From positions 202,750 to 266,749 of the forward strand of contig JAEWRI010000046.1 of the NCBI GenBank assembly GCA_023460085.1: a DNA stretch of 64,000 nucleotides, written 5' to 3'. The notes under the pieces are model-generated. The model was not told the DNA's origin. It worked only from the letters and a program-made list of their open reading frames with translations, and searched no databases. Positions 38,275 through 47,897 of this stretch are shown here, one piece after another. A program made the translations under genes and the position numbers. Every line of letters begins with the position of its first letter. The stretch's first letter is position 1. This stretch comes from Bacillota bacterium. GTDB lineage: Bacteria > Bacillota > Clostridia > Christensenellales > SZUA-584.

Positions 38275-38383
38275 TCAATGCCCCCATCCATTCGATATGA
38301 ATTTACGCATTATCCGTGTTGCTGATATCTTTAATAAAAGTATTTTACATTGTCCTGGATGCGCTGGCAAGCCTCTGGTAAGC

Positions 38384-38995
38384 TCATCGTTCCGCGTTTC
38401 GCTTCTTTATTGCCTCGTACGCGCCCAGCTTATAAAAATCAACCCATTCCTCTATTTCTTCGGGCGGATACGCCTCCAGCGCAGTGAGCACCTCGCGCGC
38501 GAACTCGAGATAAGCCGTGCCGTTTGCGGTAACTACGCCGCCGTCACAGACGGCCTGTTCACATACGTACTCTGCTTCGTTCGTATATGCTTCGCCCGCG
38601 GCCTCTTTCAGAGACACCAGACGGTTGCTTGTGTGGCGCACCGCGTTGAGAAAGCCATGCATGCCAAGAAAAACGGACGCGTCGCAAATACCGCCCACCA
38701 GCGCACCATTGGCCTGCGCGCGCCGCACGAATTCCGCCACAGGCGCGGCCTCGGGCTTGCGCCACGAATACCCGCCGATGAGCAGCACCGCCGCACACTC
38801 CTCCGGGGCGGACGCGAGGTCGTAATCCGGCAGCACGGTAAAGCCGCCGATGGATTTTACCGGCTCTCTGGTCAGCGATACCGTCTTCACGGCATACTTC
38901 GGTTCTCCCTCATCCGGATCGCTCAACGCCGCCGCGATGTGCGCGGCCTCCCAGTCGGCATACCTGTCCAGTATGACAAACAGCACTTCCCTCAT
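38384..38995 (-). CDS. DJ-1/PfpI-family (type 1 glutamine amidotransferase-like) protein
   Basis: Start set to MREVLFV (ATG 38993-38995, AAGGAG RBS). Nucleophile-elbow-like GGICDAS. Confidence 0.65.
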   Translation of the reverse strand: MREVLFVILDRYADWEAAHIAAALSDPDEGEPKYAVKTVSLTREPVKSIGGFTVLPDYDLASAPEECAAVLLIGGYSWRKPEAAPVAEFVRRAQANGALVGGICDASVFLGMHGFLNAVRHTSNRLVSLKEAAGEAYTNEAEYVCEQAVCDGGVVTANGTAYLEFAREVLTALEAYPPEEIEEWVDFYKLGAYEAIKKRNAER

Positions 38996-39191
38996 ATGAG
39001 ACACTCCTTCAATAGAACAGTTTTCAAGTCTATTTTGTTTCATAAACTCTTTATTTTTTTAATGCGGTGCCATTTTATTCGTCTCGTTATGTAATCGATT
39101 ACCATTATACCCGTGATTTTACAAAATAATTTCTCATGGATTTCCTCCACAGCCGTGAACAATATATTCATGTGGCGCTTCTCGAATCGCG

Positions 39192-42101
39192 CTACGCCTC
39201 CTGCGCCGTCACGCCGGGGCCGGACAGCGTACTTCGCCCGCCGGTGCGTTTGGTGACTACTACCTGTGCGCCGATGCTCTCCTTCATTGCCTCCACGTGC
39301 GATATGACGCCCACCAGCTTGCCCTCGCGCGCGCTCAGCGCGGACAACGTCTGCAAGGCGGCTTCCAGAAAATCTTCATCCAGCGATGCGAAGCCCTCGT
39401 CGATGAACAGCGAGTCAATGCGCGACCGGCCCGAGGACATCTCGGAAAGGCCCAGCGCCAGCGCCAGTGAAACGACGAAGCTTTCTCCGCCCGAGAGGTT
39501 CGATACGGGCCGCTTCAACCCCGCCTGATAGGTGTCGATGACCGCCATCTCCAGCGGCTTCGCGCCGCCCTCCGTCTCCCGCACGAGTATGTATCGATCC
39601 GTCATGCGACCGAGGCTCACGTTGGCGTAGCGCAGCAGCGCGTCGAACGTGATACCCTGCACCATGCGCGAAAACTTGGAGCCATCCCGGCTGCCGATGG
39701 CGAGGTTGAGCTGCGCCCACTTCTCGTATCGCTGCTTCTGCGCACGCTCGGCGGTTTTAAGCTCCTGCAGCGCCTTGCGATTTTGCGCCGCCTCCTTCAG
39801 CCGCTGCGTCAGCAGCGCGCGCTTCTCTGTCCCATCAGAAAGCAGCGCGTCCAGCGCATCCGCCAGCGCGGAGATGAGCCCCGGCTCCGGCGTTTCTCCC
39901 AGCGCCGCCCCGGCGCGCGCAAACGTTTCGCTCACTTCGTCGGCTTCCTCCGGCGCTTTCAGCTCCGCGATCTGCGTTTTTGCCTGCGCATAGGAAGCTG
40001 CCGCCGCCGAATTCTCTTTTTCCAGCGCGGTCTTCGTCCGCTCGACGTCGCGCGCGTTTTGCCCCAGCGCATTCGCGGCCTGCTCCTTCTCCGTGCGCCG
40101 CTGCTCCGCTTTTTGCTGCGCATCCTGTACGGATTTGACCGCCGCCGCTTCCTCCGTGTCGGCGTCCTTGCTGCCAAATAGCGCCGTGCGCTGCGCTGCC
40201 AGCGTGTCACATTCCGTCTGCGCCGCAGCATGCTCGCATTTCCGCTTTTCCATCTGCGCCTGTGCTTCGGCGATGCGCTGCTTATACCCGGCCACTGCCT
40301 GCACATCGCGTTCCACCGCGCTGAGCCGCGCTGCAATCTTCGCCGCCTCATCCGCTGCCATACCCTGCCGCTTCAGCAACGCGGGATATGCCGCGATACG
40401 CCTGTCGGCGTCCTGCAGTGCCGCGTGAAGCGCCTCCTGCGTGCCGGAGGGCATTTCACCGCCCAGTGCCTCCATCCGCTGTGCCACATCGTTTTCCATC
40501 TCGCGGATGCGCTTCTGAGCATCCGCGAGCCGCTGCGCGCCCTGCGCAAGCTCCCGCTCCACGCGCCGCAGTGCGGCATCCGCCTGCGCGCGCAGTGCCT
40601 CCGCTTCCGACAGGAAGTCCTTCCCGTCCCCGCGCTCCGCGAAGGGATGCTGCGTCGCGCCGCACAGCGGGCAGGGCTGCCCCTCCGTCAGTTTGCGGCG
40701 CTCATCGCCAAAGCGCTGCTCCAACAGCGCATATTCGTACCGCTGTGCTGCGATATCCGCTTCCGCTTTGGTCTTCCGCAACTGCTCCGTTCGTGCGGCC
40801 TGCGCCAGCTGCTCCTCCGCACCGTCCTGCTTTGCCTTGCCCAGTGCGGCAACCGTCTCTGTCAGCGCCACCGCTGCGCGCAGCGTATCGGCGCGAGCCC
40901 GCCATTGCGTTTCGTCTCGATCCTCCAGCAGTGCGCTTACTTCGCCCCGGAGCTCCTGCTGCTGCGCCGCGTTGGCATCCATCTCCGCCTGCACGCCCGC
41001 GCGCAGCAATGCCGACGCGTCCTCCGTCTCATACATTGCCTTCAGCTGCTCTTTGGATGCGTCCGGCACATAGTTCATAAACACCGCGAGTATGCGTCTT
41101 TTCTGCTCCCTCACGGCATCGTCCTGATCTTGGATGGCGGCCTCCAGCCGCGCGCACTCCTTTTTCTGCCCCTCCACGCGAATATCCAGCGCACGCACTG
41201 CGGTCAGTGTGGGGCGCAGCACCTCCAATGCCTCCTGCGCCGCAGCCGCGGCCTGCTGTGCCGCTTGCAACTGCGCACCGGCTTCATCCAGCGCTTTTTG
41301 AAGCGCGGGTGTCTCTGCGCCATACTGCGCCAGCGCCGCTCGCTGCTCCGCCGCGCGGGACAGCGCGCCTCCGCATTGCCGAAGGGTCTCCCGCAGCGCC
41401 GTCTGGCGCGGAAGCACGGCTTCCAGCCGGGCTTTCTCCTGCGCGTATGCCGTCTCCTGCGCCTGGTCCGGCACCGCAATCAGCTCCGACTGCATCCGGA
41501 TTTTCGTCAGCGCATCCTCCTCGCGCCGCGAGCGTTCGAACACCGCCGCGGAGATGCGCCGATAGATTTCCATATCCGTGACCTGCTCGAGAATCTCCGC
41601 GCGCTCGTTGGCATTGGCCTTTAAAAATTCCGCAAAGCGGAACTGCGCAAGCAGTATGGAGCGCGTAAAGCGCGTGTAGTCGAGTCCGGTCAGCTCCACA
41701 ATTTTGGCGTTCGCGCCGGTGATGCCCGAAACCACGGGCTGCACACCCTGCGCGGTGTACTCCACAATTTCGCGCTCCACCGGGCGGAAGGCGCCCTTGC
41801 TGTTGCGCCGGTGCGCCAGCGACGCCTTGTACCGCCTCCCGCGCGAAACAAACACCACCTCTGCACGACACGAATCCGCGCCTTTGCTCATCAGCTCGTT
41901 CTGCTCCGCGTTGACGCGCGATATGCGCGGCGTCTCACCGTACAACGCAAGGCATATAGCATCCAGCACGGTGGTTTTGCCCGCGCCCGACGGTCCCACG
42001 ATGGCAAAAAGCCCGCCCGAATAACCGCTGTCCGTAAGGTCCACCTCGAAGCGGCCCATGAGCGAGTTCAGATTCTCAATCACAACCTTCTCTATACGCA
42101 T
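39192..42101 (-). CDS. sbcC: Exonuclease SbcC (SMC-like ATPase)
   Basis: Walker A GPSGAGKTT, a long coiled coil with the zinc-hook CPLCG, signature LSGGESF, Walker B LFIDEGF. Overlaps sbcD. Confidence 0.85.
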   Translation of the reverse strand: MRIEKVVIENLNSLMGRFEVDLTDSGYSGGLFAIVGPSGAGKTTVLDAICLALYGETPRISRVNAEQNELMSKGADSCRAEVVFVSRGRRYKASLAHRRNSKGAFRPVEREIVEYTAQGVQPVVSGITGANAKIVELTGLDYTRFTRSILLAQFRFAEFLKANANERAEILEQVTDMEIYRRISAAVFERSRREEDALTKIRMQSELIAVPDQAQETAYAQEKARLEAVLPRQTALRETLRQCGGALSRAAEQRAALAQYGAETPALQKALDEAGAQLQAAQQAAAAAQEALEVLRPTLTAVRALDIRVEGQKKECARLEAAIQDQDDAVREQKRRILAVFMNYVPDASKEQLKAMYETEDASALLRAGVQAEMDANAAQQQELRGEVSALLEDRDETQWRARADTLRAAVALTETVAALGKAKQDGAEEQLAQAARTEQLRKTKAEADIAAQRYEYALLEQRFGDERRKLTEGQPCPLCGATQHPFAERGDGKDFLSEAEALRAQADAALRRVERELAQGAQRLADAQKRIREMENDVAQRMEALGGEMPSGTQEALHAALQDADRRIAAYPALLKRQGMAADEAAKIAARLSAVERDVQAVAGYKQRIAEAQAQMEKRKCEHAAAQTECDTLAAQRTALFGSKDADTEEAAAVKSVQDAQQKAEQRRTEKEQAANALGQNARDVERTKTALEKENSAAAASYAQAKTQIAELKAPEEADEVSETFARAGAALGETPEPGLISALADALDALLSDGTEKRALLTQRLKEAAQNRKALQELKTAERAQKQRYEKWAQLNLAIGSRDGSKFSRMVQGITFDALLRYANVSLGRMTDRYILVRETEGGAKPLEMAVIDTYQAGLKRPVSNLSGGESFVVSLALALGLSEMSSGRSRIDSLFIDEGFASLDEDFLEAALQTLSALSAREGKLVGVISHVEAMKESIGAQVVVTKRTGGRSTLSGPGVTAQEA

Positions 42102-43291
42102 GCGGCTTCCTCCTCCAACGAGGCCACAATCTCATTGAAGCATTCCAGCATGCCCTGCCGTTGATCCTCGCTGTAGCCGCCCTCCGTCAGGCATCGCAGA
42201 AACACATCCTGCACCGCCAGTGCCTCCAGCGTTTCCGCCTCGCCCGAAGCGCGGAGCGCGTCCCGTGTCGCTGCCGCATCGCGCACGCTCAGCAGCTGCG
42301 CCTGCCCGCCCTTTATGGCATCCTGCGCGTCCGCCATCAGGTGCGCGCAAATGGCATCGCCTGTGTGCGTCACCTCTACCCACGCATTCTCGCCCGCCAG
42401 CGCCGACAGCCTGTCCAGTATCTCCTCGCGGCTGCCCGCCACGCGTTCCAGCCGCTGAAAGCACGGCACTTCAATTTTCTCTGCCGCAAGGCCATCGCCG
42501 AGGCTTACTTCCAGCACCACCTTTTTCGCGGACGCCTCGGAAAAGCTCATGGGCAGCGGCGCGCCACTGTAGCGAATACGTTCCTGCCCGGCTACGCGCT
42601 GTGCGCCGTGGATGTGACCCAGCGCGATATAGTCAAATATCGGCGGAAATATCTCCGCGCTCACCTGCCCCAGCGTACCGACATACAGCTCGCGCACGCC
42701 GTCGCCCTCGGTGCGCGCCGCGCCCGCCGCAAACAGATGCCCCGTCGCGACGACGGGCAGATCTCCATACTTTCGTTTCGCAAGCTCCGCCGCCTGCGCG
42801 GCATTTTCGTACAGCTGCTTCGTGGCGAACGCCACGCGCTCTTCCCCCGGCATTTCGTCGTCCGTCCGCGCGATGTCGGTGCGGCGCAGATACGGCACCA
42901 TACAGCACAGCGCCTCCGGCTGTCCGCTTGCGCCAAGCAGCGGAATCACGCAGCGTTCCGCGTCCGGAAAACCCTTCACGTGGATATGCAGATGCTCCAG
43001 CGCACCCGAAGGCGCTTCCAGCAGTGCCGGAGAATCATGATTGCCCGCGATGACCACGATGGTTTTACAGCACGTCCCCAGCAGGGACGTCAGAAAATCG
43101 TAATAAAGCCGCTGAGACGCGCCACCCGGCGCGCCGGTGTCGAACACGTCGCCCGCGACCAACAGCGCGTCGATTTTCCGCGCCAGAATCGTCTCCCGCA
43201 GCCACGTGAGAAAAGCCGCATGCTCCTCATGCCGCCGCTTTCCGTACAGTGCCTGCCCGATGTGCCAGTCGGATGTGTGCAGTATCTTCAT
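42092..43291 (-). CDS. sbcD: Exonuclease SbcD (Mre11-like)
   Basis: MKILHTSDWHIG, GDVFD, GNHD and GHIHG phosphoesterase motifs. Confidence 0.9.
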   Translation of the reverse strand: MKILHTSDWHIGQALYGKRRHEEHAAFLTWLRETILARKIDALLVAGDVFDTGAPGGASQRLYYDFLTSLLGTCCKTIVVIAGNHDSPALLEAPSGALEHLHIHVKGFPDAERCVIPLLGASGQPEALCCMVPYLRRTDIARTDDEMPGEERVAFATKQLYENAAQAAELAKRKYGDLPVVATGHLFAAGAARTEGDGVRELYVGTLGQVSAEIFPPIFDYIALGHIHGAQRVAGQERIRYSGAPLPMSFSEASAKKVVLEVSLGDGLAAEKIEVPCFQRLERVAGSREEILDRLSALAGENAWVEVTHTGDAICAHLMADAQDAIKGGQAQLLSVRDAAATRDALRASGEAETLEALAVQDVFLRCLTEGGYSEDQRQGMLECFNEIVASLEEEAACV

Positions 43292-43405
43292 GCGCCCTCC
43301 CGTAAAGTCTGGCGTGTTTTCCCTTTGCTATCAGTTAATTGTAACATGTCATAAAAAATATTTTCAGGCCGACGGTTTAGCGGCTTTTTTCTATTCCTCA
43401 TGGCG

Positions 43406-44128
43406 TTATCCTTTCCGACTCACAGCATCTTCCCCGCCGCGCATGGCAGCGGCATACGCCATAAACTCCGGCGTTTCATTTTCGATATCCTCCCGCGTCA
43501 CGCCGCGCCACAGCATCACCTCGTCCATAAGTGTTTGGCAGCCGCCATCCAGCTGCCAATAGCCCGTCGACAGTTCGATGCCAAATACCATCTTTTTCGC
43601 ACGCACCGACGGCGCCTTCTTAACAAACAAGCGCTGACAAAAGCGCTTGCGCTGCAGTTCCTGTTCCCGTTCCGCCTCTGTGTAGAATCGTTCCGTCTTG
43701 CCGTTTCGCGGCACAGCAAGAAACAAATACTTAAGCCCATACAGCTCATCCGGAATGTCGCTGGCCGCCTGCATATCCATATGAGCCTGTTCCGCCCATT
43801 CCCGCCACGTTTTCAGTCCCGCGTTTTGCGGCGGCATGGGCGGCTGCGCCAGCGCTTCACTGTGATGGTTCATCAACACGCTCATTTTAAGGGCCATCCG
43901 CTTTCCGCGGGACACCGGCACCTCATACGCCCCGTATTGCTCTTTCAGGTGTTGCGCAAGCTCCTCTCCCGTCACGTGCGCCGCTCGGGGCTCAGCCGCC
44001 ATTTTACAGCTCGCCAGCGCCTTTTGCCATTGTCCGCCAGCGGGTGACTTTGCGACGAATACAGCGGTCGGCCCATCCGCGCCGCCGATGATACCGATAG
44101 AGCCAGCCTCGTTCATTTTCTTTCTCAT
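43406..44128 (-). CDS. Hypothetical protein
   Basis: 240-aa ORF. N-terminal SIGIIGGADGPTAVF peptide resembles a motif seen in Na+-decarboxylase beta subunits, but the protein has no TM segments. ATGA overlap with the upstream gene. Confidence 0.45.
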   Translation of the reverse strand: MRKKMNEAGSIGIIGGADGPTAVFVAKSPAGGQWQKALASCKMAAEPRAAHVTGEELAQHLKEQYGAYEVPVSRGKRMALKMSVLMNHHSEALAQPPMPPQNAGLKTWREWAEQAHMDMQAASDIPDELYGLKYLFLAVPRNGKTERFYTEAEREQELQRKRFCQRLFVKKAPSVRAKKMVFGIELSTGYWQLDGGCQTLMDEVMLWRGVTREDIENETPEFMAYAAAMRGGEDAVSRKG

Positions 44129-44970
44129 TCGTTTCTCTCCGGCACAACCAACCCAAAGAAGTACTGATACCCGCTGCTGCTCCCATCCGTTTCATTGAAG
44201 CAGTACTCCGCGGCGGCGACGTATCTGCCCGGTCCCGCGTGCCCGATGTACGTCCACGCCGCCATTCCGGAAGGGATAAAGTACTCCCGCTCCTCAAAAT
44301 TCTCATCATACAGTTTGAACGCTACGCCCGGAATCACTTCCCCGTCGATATACGGCGCAAAATCATCCGCCAGCGTGATATACTCGATGTCCTGCGACAC
44401 TTCCTGCGGCGTCAGCCGCATGCCGTCCGCCGCAACACCCTCATCCTGCGACCAGATCCAGTTGCGCAGTGCGTAAACGCTTTCTCCGCTTGATTGTATC
44501 ACCATCGTGCCCGGCAGATACCAGCCCATCGCCAGCTCATACAGCGGACGGTATACCTCTTCGCTGAGGAGGCTGTAGCGACCGGCCTGTGCCCATTGCA
44601 TACAGTGCTCGCCATCCTTGTCAAACACATCGAACTCCGCAATCTCTCCGTCCGTATACCGGATATAGATGTGGATGCGCGCATCCAGCGCCGTCGTATC
44701 CACCGCTTCCCACGCGGCGGATTTGAGCATGTATTCCTCCACCGCGTTCATGACGATGCTTTGCTGCTCCTCCGCCACCTCAATGCCGAGGTAGAAATTG
44801 CCCCGGTGCCGATCCACGCTGATGTACTCCGGCATGACGCTTTCCGCAGGCGATACAGCGGCAGGTGCGCCCTGTGAGCCGGCCACGGACGGCGGTACGG
44901 AGTTACCGGCGGCACAGCCAGCCAGAGTCAGCAACAGCAAAATCGCAGCGCAAAAACCCGTTCTCCTCAT
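44125..44970 (-). CDS. Hypothetical lipoprotein
   Basis: Signal peptide with lipobox LTLAGC. 281 aa. No family recognised. Confidence 0.5.
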   Translation of the reverse strand: MRRTGFCAAILLLLTLAGCAAGNSVPPSVAGSQGAPAAVSPAESVMPEYISVDRHRGNFYLGIEVAEEQQSIVMNAVEEYMLKSAAWEAVDTTALDARIHIYIRYTDGEIAEFDVFDKDGEHCMQWAQAGRYSLLSEEVYRPLYELAMGWYLPGTMVIQSSGESVYALRNWIWSQDEGVAADGMRLTPQEVSQDIEYITLADDFAPYIDGEVIPGVAFKLYDENFEEREYFIPSGMAAWTYIGHAGPGRYVAAAEYCFNETDGSSSGYQYFFGLVVPERNE

Positions 44971-45038
44971 CGTCTTCCTCCGGTTCGGTATTTACGGTCG
45001 TGTTTGCGTCATTCCCTCCGCGAAGAGAGCCTGTCCTC

Positions 45039-45545
45039 TCATTCCGCGTTCCCGCTGCCGGCACCAGCATGCCTCCGCCGTATTTTCATGATGCCTTGAA
45101 AAACTGTGAAGCCTGCCAGCGCGCCCGTCATGTTCAGTATAAAGTCGTCGATGTCGAAGCTGCCACGCCGAAGCAGCAGCTCGGCTGCCTCAACCGCAAA
45201 GATTAACGCGACCATGCAGATGCAAAACGCGCCCAGTGTGCGCAGGCGTTTGAAAAAGCCGGGCAGATACAACCCCATCGGAAGAAACATCAGGAGGTTG
45301 CCAAGCAGATTCTTAACGGGAGTGTCCATGTTCATGCTGTTGTCGCTCAGCGCGCGGATATAAGTCCCTATCGTCCTGAAGGGCACCAGATTGGTGTTGT
45401 ACCGAATATACTCCCATAGCGTCAAATCGGTCCAATACCTTCCGTGCATCACAAACATCAGATAGACCAGTACCAGAAGGTATCCCGCAAAGCTCGCAGC
45501 CAGCAATATACGCGGCAGCCCCCATCCTTTTATGCCTGATTTCAT
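45039..45545 (-). CDS. VanZ-family membrane protein
   Basis: 168 aa with 4-5 TM segments. VanZ-like pattern (NLVPFRT...N.LMFLPMGLYLP). Confidence 0.7.
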   Translation of the reverse strand: MKSGIKGWGLPRILLAASFAGYLLVLVYLMFVMHGRYWTDLTLWEYIRYNTNLVPFRTIGTYIRALSDNSMNMDTPVKNLLGNLLMFLPMGLYLPGFFKRLRTLGAFCICMVALIFAVEAAELLLRRGSFDIDDFILNMTGALAGFTVFQGIMKIRRRHAGAGSGNAE

Positions 45546-45584
45546 CCGGATCCCCTTAACTTACGTTCTCACCACCCCAACCGC

Positions 45585-46427
45585 TCACATTCCATCGTCT
45601 TCGAAATACCTTTTCAGCCCTGTCCACAGCGCGCCCTCGGGAGTGCCTGACGATACGGACAGCCCCTCGTACCGGGCCAGACTGAAGCCGCCCTCGAGCA
45701 CGGCGGATCTCAGCATGCCCGGCTGTATCGCACCCGCGGGACAGCCGTACACGCAGCGCGTGCACAGCGCGCATTGCTTTAAAAATTCCGGTTTGCCGTC
45801 CTTCATGCGAATGTTGGCACACGGGCATTCGCGCGCGCACCAGCCGCAGCCGATGCAGGCCTCCGCCACGCGAAGTCTCCTGCCCCACAGCGGCGCACCC
45901 TTGTGTTCCACCGTGAGCAGCGCCGACAGCGCGCGGTCCCGAAGCCGCGTCCTCACGCGGCGCTCCAGCCCGGAAAGTACGTCATCCGCAATGGCCGCCG
46001 CCCGGCGCGGCAGCACGCGAAGCAGCTCCGCCGCCCAGCCGTCCGGGGTGGCTTCCAGAAAATTAGAGGGCATCACGAGATCCTTCTCGTAAACGACGCG
46101 ATAGCCCTTACGCTCCAGCTTTTGAATGATTCTGGCGCGGCATCCCAAATTGGGAAATACCTCTCCGCCGCCCGAAACCGAAACCACCACGGCGGGAACG
46201 TCCCGTACGGCAGAGAGCCCATCCAGCCACTCGTGCACAGGCTTCGGCGCGTTCGCAGCATGCACCGGGTAGAGCAGCGCCAGCAGCTCGCCATCGGCTT
46301 TCGTTTGCCCGCCCCGGCGAATCTCCTGCACGTCCGCTTCCGCACCGCGCGCGGCAAAGGCCGATGCCAGAGCCTGCGCAGCACGAGCCGTTCCGCCCGT
46401 ACCCGAAAAGTATACAATGCGGATCAT
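45585..46427 (-). CDS. Flavodoxin-like / 2x[4Fe-4S] ferredoxin fusion (EFR1-family-like)
   Basis: Start set to MIRIVYFSGTGGTARAA (ATG 46425-46427). C-terminal CIGCGWCARECP and CALCTRCVYGCP clusters. The upstream 124 codons of the track ORF are an alternate frame of the neighbouring 39-bp repeat. Confidence 0.7.
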   Translation of the reverse strand: MIRIVYFSGTGGTARAAQALASAFAARGAEADVQEIRRGGQTKADGELLALLYPVHAANAPKPVHEWLDGLSAVRDVPAVVVSVSGGGEVFPNLGCRARIIQKLERKGYRVVYEKDLVMPSNFLEATPDGWAAELLRVLPRRAAAIADDVLSGLERRVRTRLRDRALSALLTVEHKGAPLWGRRLRVAEACIGCGWCARECPCANIRMKDGKPEFLKQCALCTRCVYGCPAGAIQPGMLRSAVLEGGFSLARYEGLSVSSGTPEGALWTGLKRYFEDDGM

Positions 46428-46440
46428 CTTCAACGCCGCC

Positions 46441-47775
46441 TTATTCTGCCTTATCCTGCTTGTCCGACGTATCCTCCGGCCCTTTGCCCTCGCCTGTCTG
46501 CTCAGGCGGCTGTCCATACGGCGGCACGTTAGGCGTGCCATACGGCGGCTGTCCATACGGCGGCACGTTGGGCGCGCCATACGGCGGCTGTCCATACGGC
46601 GGCACGTTGGGCGCGCCATACGGCGGCTGTCCGTACGGCGGCACGGTGGGCGCGCCATACGGCGGCTGTCCGTACGGCGGCACGTTGGGCGCGCCATACG
46701 GCGGCTGTCCGTACGGCGGCACGTTGGGCGCGCCATACGGCGGCTGTCCGTACGGCGGCATCGGCGGCGCGGCGGCGTCCAGCGGCAGCAACCCCGCACA
46801 CTTCTCCGTCATAAAATGATCCGCCCCAAAACGCACCAGCACGCGCGTCCCCGCTTGTACGGAAAAATACAGCGGTTGCGCTTCGTGACCGCTGCCGTCC
46901 ACGGCGCGCAGCGCATTCTGCTGCTGCGCCGTCTGTGCAGAAAGCAGCTGCCCGTCCGCAATGGGGCCCAGCGTAAACCCGTTCAGGGAAAATGTCCAGC
47001 TCAAATCACACCCTTCGCCTTCACCGTCACGCAGTATATCGATGAGCGCGGGCCTTGCCAGCGGGACAAAACGAATCCCCGCGGGCGGCGCGGCAGGCTG
47101 CGTCTGTGCGGGCGGTGCGGGCGGAGTAATGCCCGTGGAGGCTTCCGGTACAAAACGGTCCACCTTGAAATGGATCTCGGCCTGGCCGCCGCTTTCCACA
47201 TTAAAGCGCAGCGGCATGCACTGTGTGCCGTCGTCGCTGACCGCGGTCAGCGTATTCTGGCGCTGCTTCGTGCCGGTGCGGCGGGACGCGCCGTTGCCGA
47301 GGCTGCCCACCGTCTCGTCGTTCAGTGCAAATGTCCAGCTGGTAATATCGCCGCGCAGGCTGGCGTCACGCACGATTTCCAGCGTGGCAGGCTCGTCCAG
47401 CGGATCCGCCGGTGCCTCGGGCTGCGCACCAAACGGCGGCGCGCCCCAGGGCTGTGCACCGTACGGCGGCATGGGCGCGTACGCACCCATCGGCTGCGAC
47501 GGATAATAATCGCCCGGCTTACAACTCTTGGCAGCAAGATATGCGGCCAAGCCGCCCAATCCCGCCATGCCGTAAGACAGCAACAGCAGGTATAACATAC
47601 TGCTCAACTCATCAATACTCCATCCAAACAGGGACACGCCGATAATCGCCCCGGTAATCTCAAGCCCGAACCATAGTATGAGCGTCAGAAAGATAAACAG
47701 ACCGGGACGGCGGCCCCGCGCCAACGCCAGCTTCTTATTGTGCATGGCCAGCAATACGCCGATTACGATATCCAT
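46441..47775 (-). CDS. Membrane protein with duplicated internal domain and C-terminal ([13 protein letters not shown])n tail
   Basis: Start set to MDIVIG (ATG 47773-47775 behind AGGAGG). 3-4 N-terminal TM segments. Two homologous ~85-aa domains (..[21 protein letters not shown].. and ..[22 protein letters not shown]..). 6.5 copies of a 13-aa Pro/Tyr/Gly repeat. Confidence 0.65.
   Translation of the reverse strand: MDIVIGVLLAMHNKKLALARGRRPGLFIFLTLILWFGLEITGAIIGVSLFGWSIDELSSMLYLLLLSYGMAGLGGLAAYLAAKSCKPGDYYPSQPMGAYAPMPPYGAQPWGAPPFGAQPEAPADPLDEPATLEIVRDASLRGDITSWTFALNDETVGSLGNGASRRTGTKQRQNTLTAVSDDGTQCMPLRFNVESGGQAEIHFKVDRFVPEASTGITPPAPPAQTQPAAPPAGIRFVPLARPALIDILRDGEGEGCDLSWTFSLNGFTLGPIADGQLLSAQTAQQQNALRAVDGSGHEAQPLYFSVQAGTRVLVRFGADHFMTEKCAGLLPLDAAAPPMPPYGQPPYGAPNVPPYGQPPYGAPNVPPYGQPPYGAPTVPPYGQPPYGAPNVPPYGQPPYGAPNVPPYGQPPYGTPNVPPYGQPPEQTGEGKGPEDTSDKQDKAE
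46504..46758 (-). repeat. In-frame 39-bp tandem repeat, about 6.5 copies, encoding PPYGQPPYG[AT]P[NT]V
   Basis: Direct reading: ccatacggcggctgtcc[ag]tacggcggcacg[tg]t[ga]ggcg[cg]g is repeated head-to-tail with only a few substitutions. Confidence 0.9.
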
Positions 47776-47818
47776 TCCCAAAACCTCCTGCGCCGATAGC
47801 GGCGCGCTACGATGCTCT

Positions 47819-47827
47819 ATTATATCA
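47819..47827 (-). promoter_or_regulatory. Candidate extended -10 promoter element (TGATATAAT) for 46441..47775
   Basis: The minus strand reads TGATATAAT about 45 nt upstream of the ATG. No good -35 element is seen. Confidence 0.35.
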
Positions 47828-47857
47828 CAGATACCCCGCCGCCCGCACGGGGCGGGA

Positions 47858-47893
47858 CGGAAAATGCAAAGGCCGCCCGGCAGGGACGGCCCT
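47858..47893 (-). terminator. Candidate terminator after dapL
   Basis: The minus strand reads GGGCCG-tccctgccgg-CGGCC, followed by UUUGCAUUUU. Confidence 0.45.
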
Positions 47894-47897
47894 TGTT

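Noticed and set aside
36178-43354. Long plus-strand ORFs 36178..37542, 40230..41624, 40388..41080 and 42161..43354
   Set aside because: All are antisense to the histidine kinase, sbcC and sbcD, which carry diagnostic motifs. Their translations are Arg/Leu/His-rich with no recognisable domains.
46504-46758. Possible CRISPR array
   Set aside because: The 39-bp units are directly adjacent with no spacers. They are in frame within a CDS, and no cas genes are present.
45585-47595. Arg-rich repeat ORFs: the N-terminal extension of 45585..46799 (minus strand) and 46417..47595 (plus strand), containing [13 protein letters not shown] and [13 protein letters not shown] repeats
   Set aside because: They are alternate-frame or opposite-strand readings of the 39-bp PPYG repeat. 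The flavodoxin/ferredoxin gene has its own start at 46427, and the PPYG frame is continuous with a plausible membrane protein.
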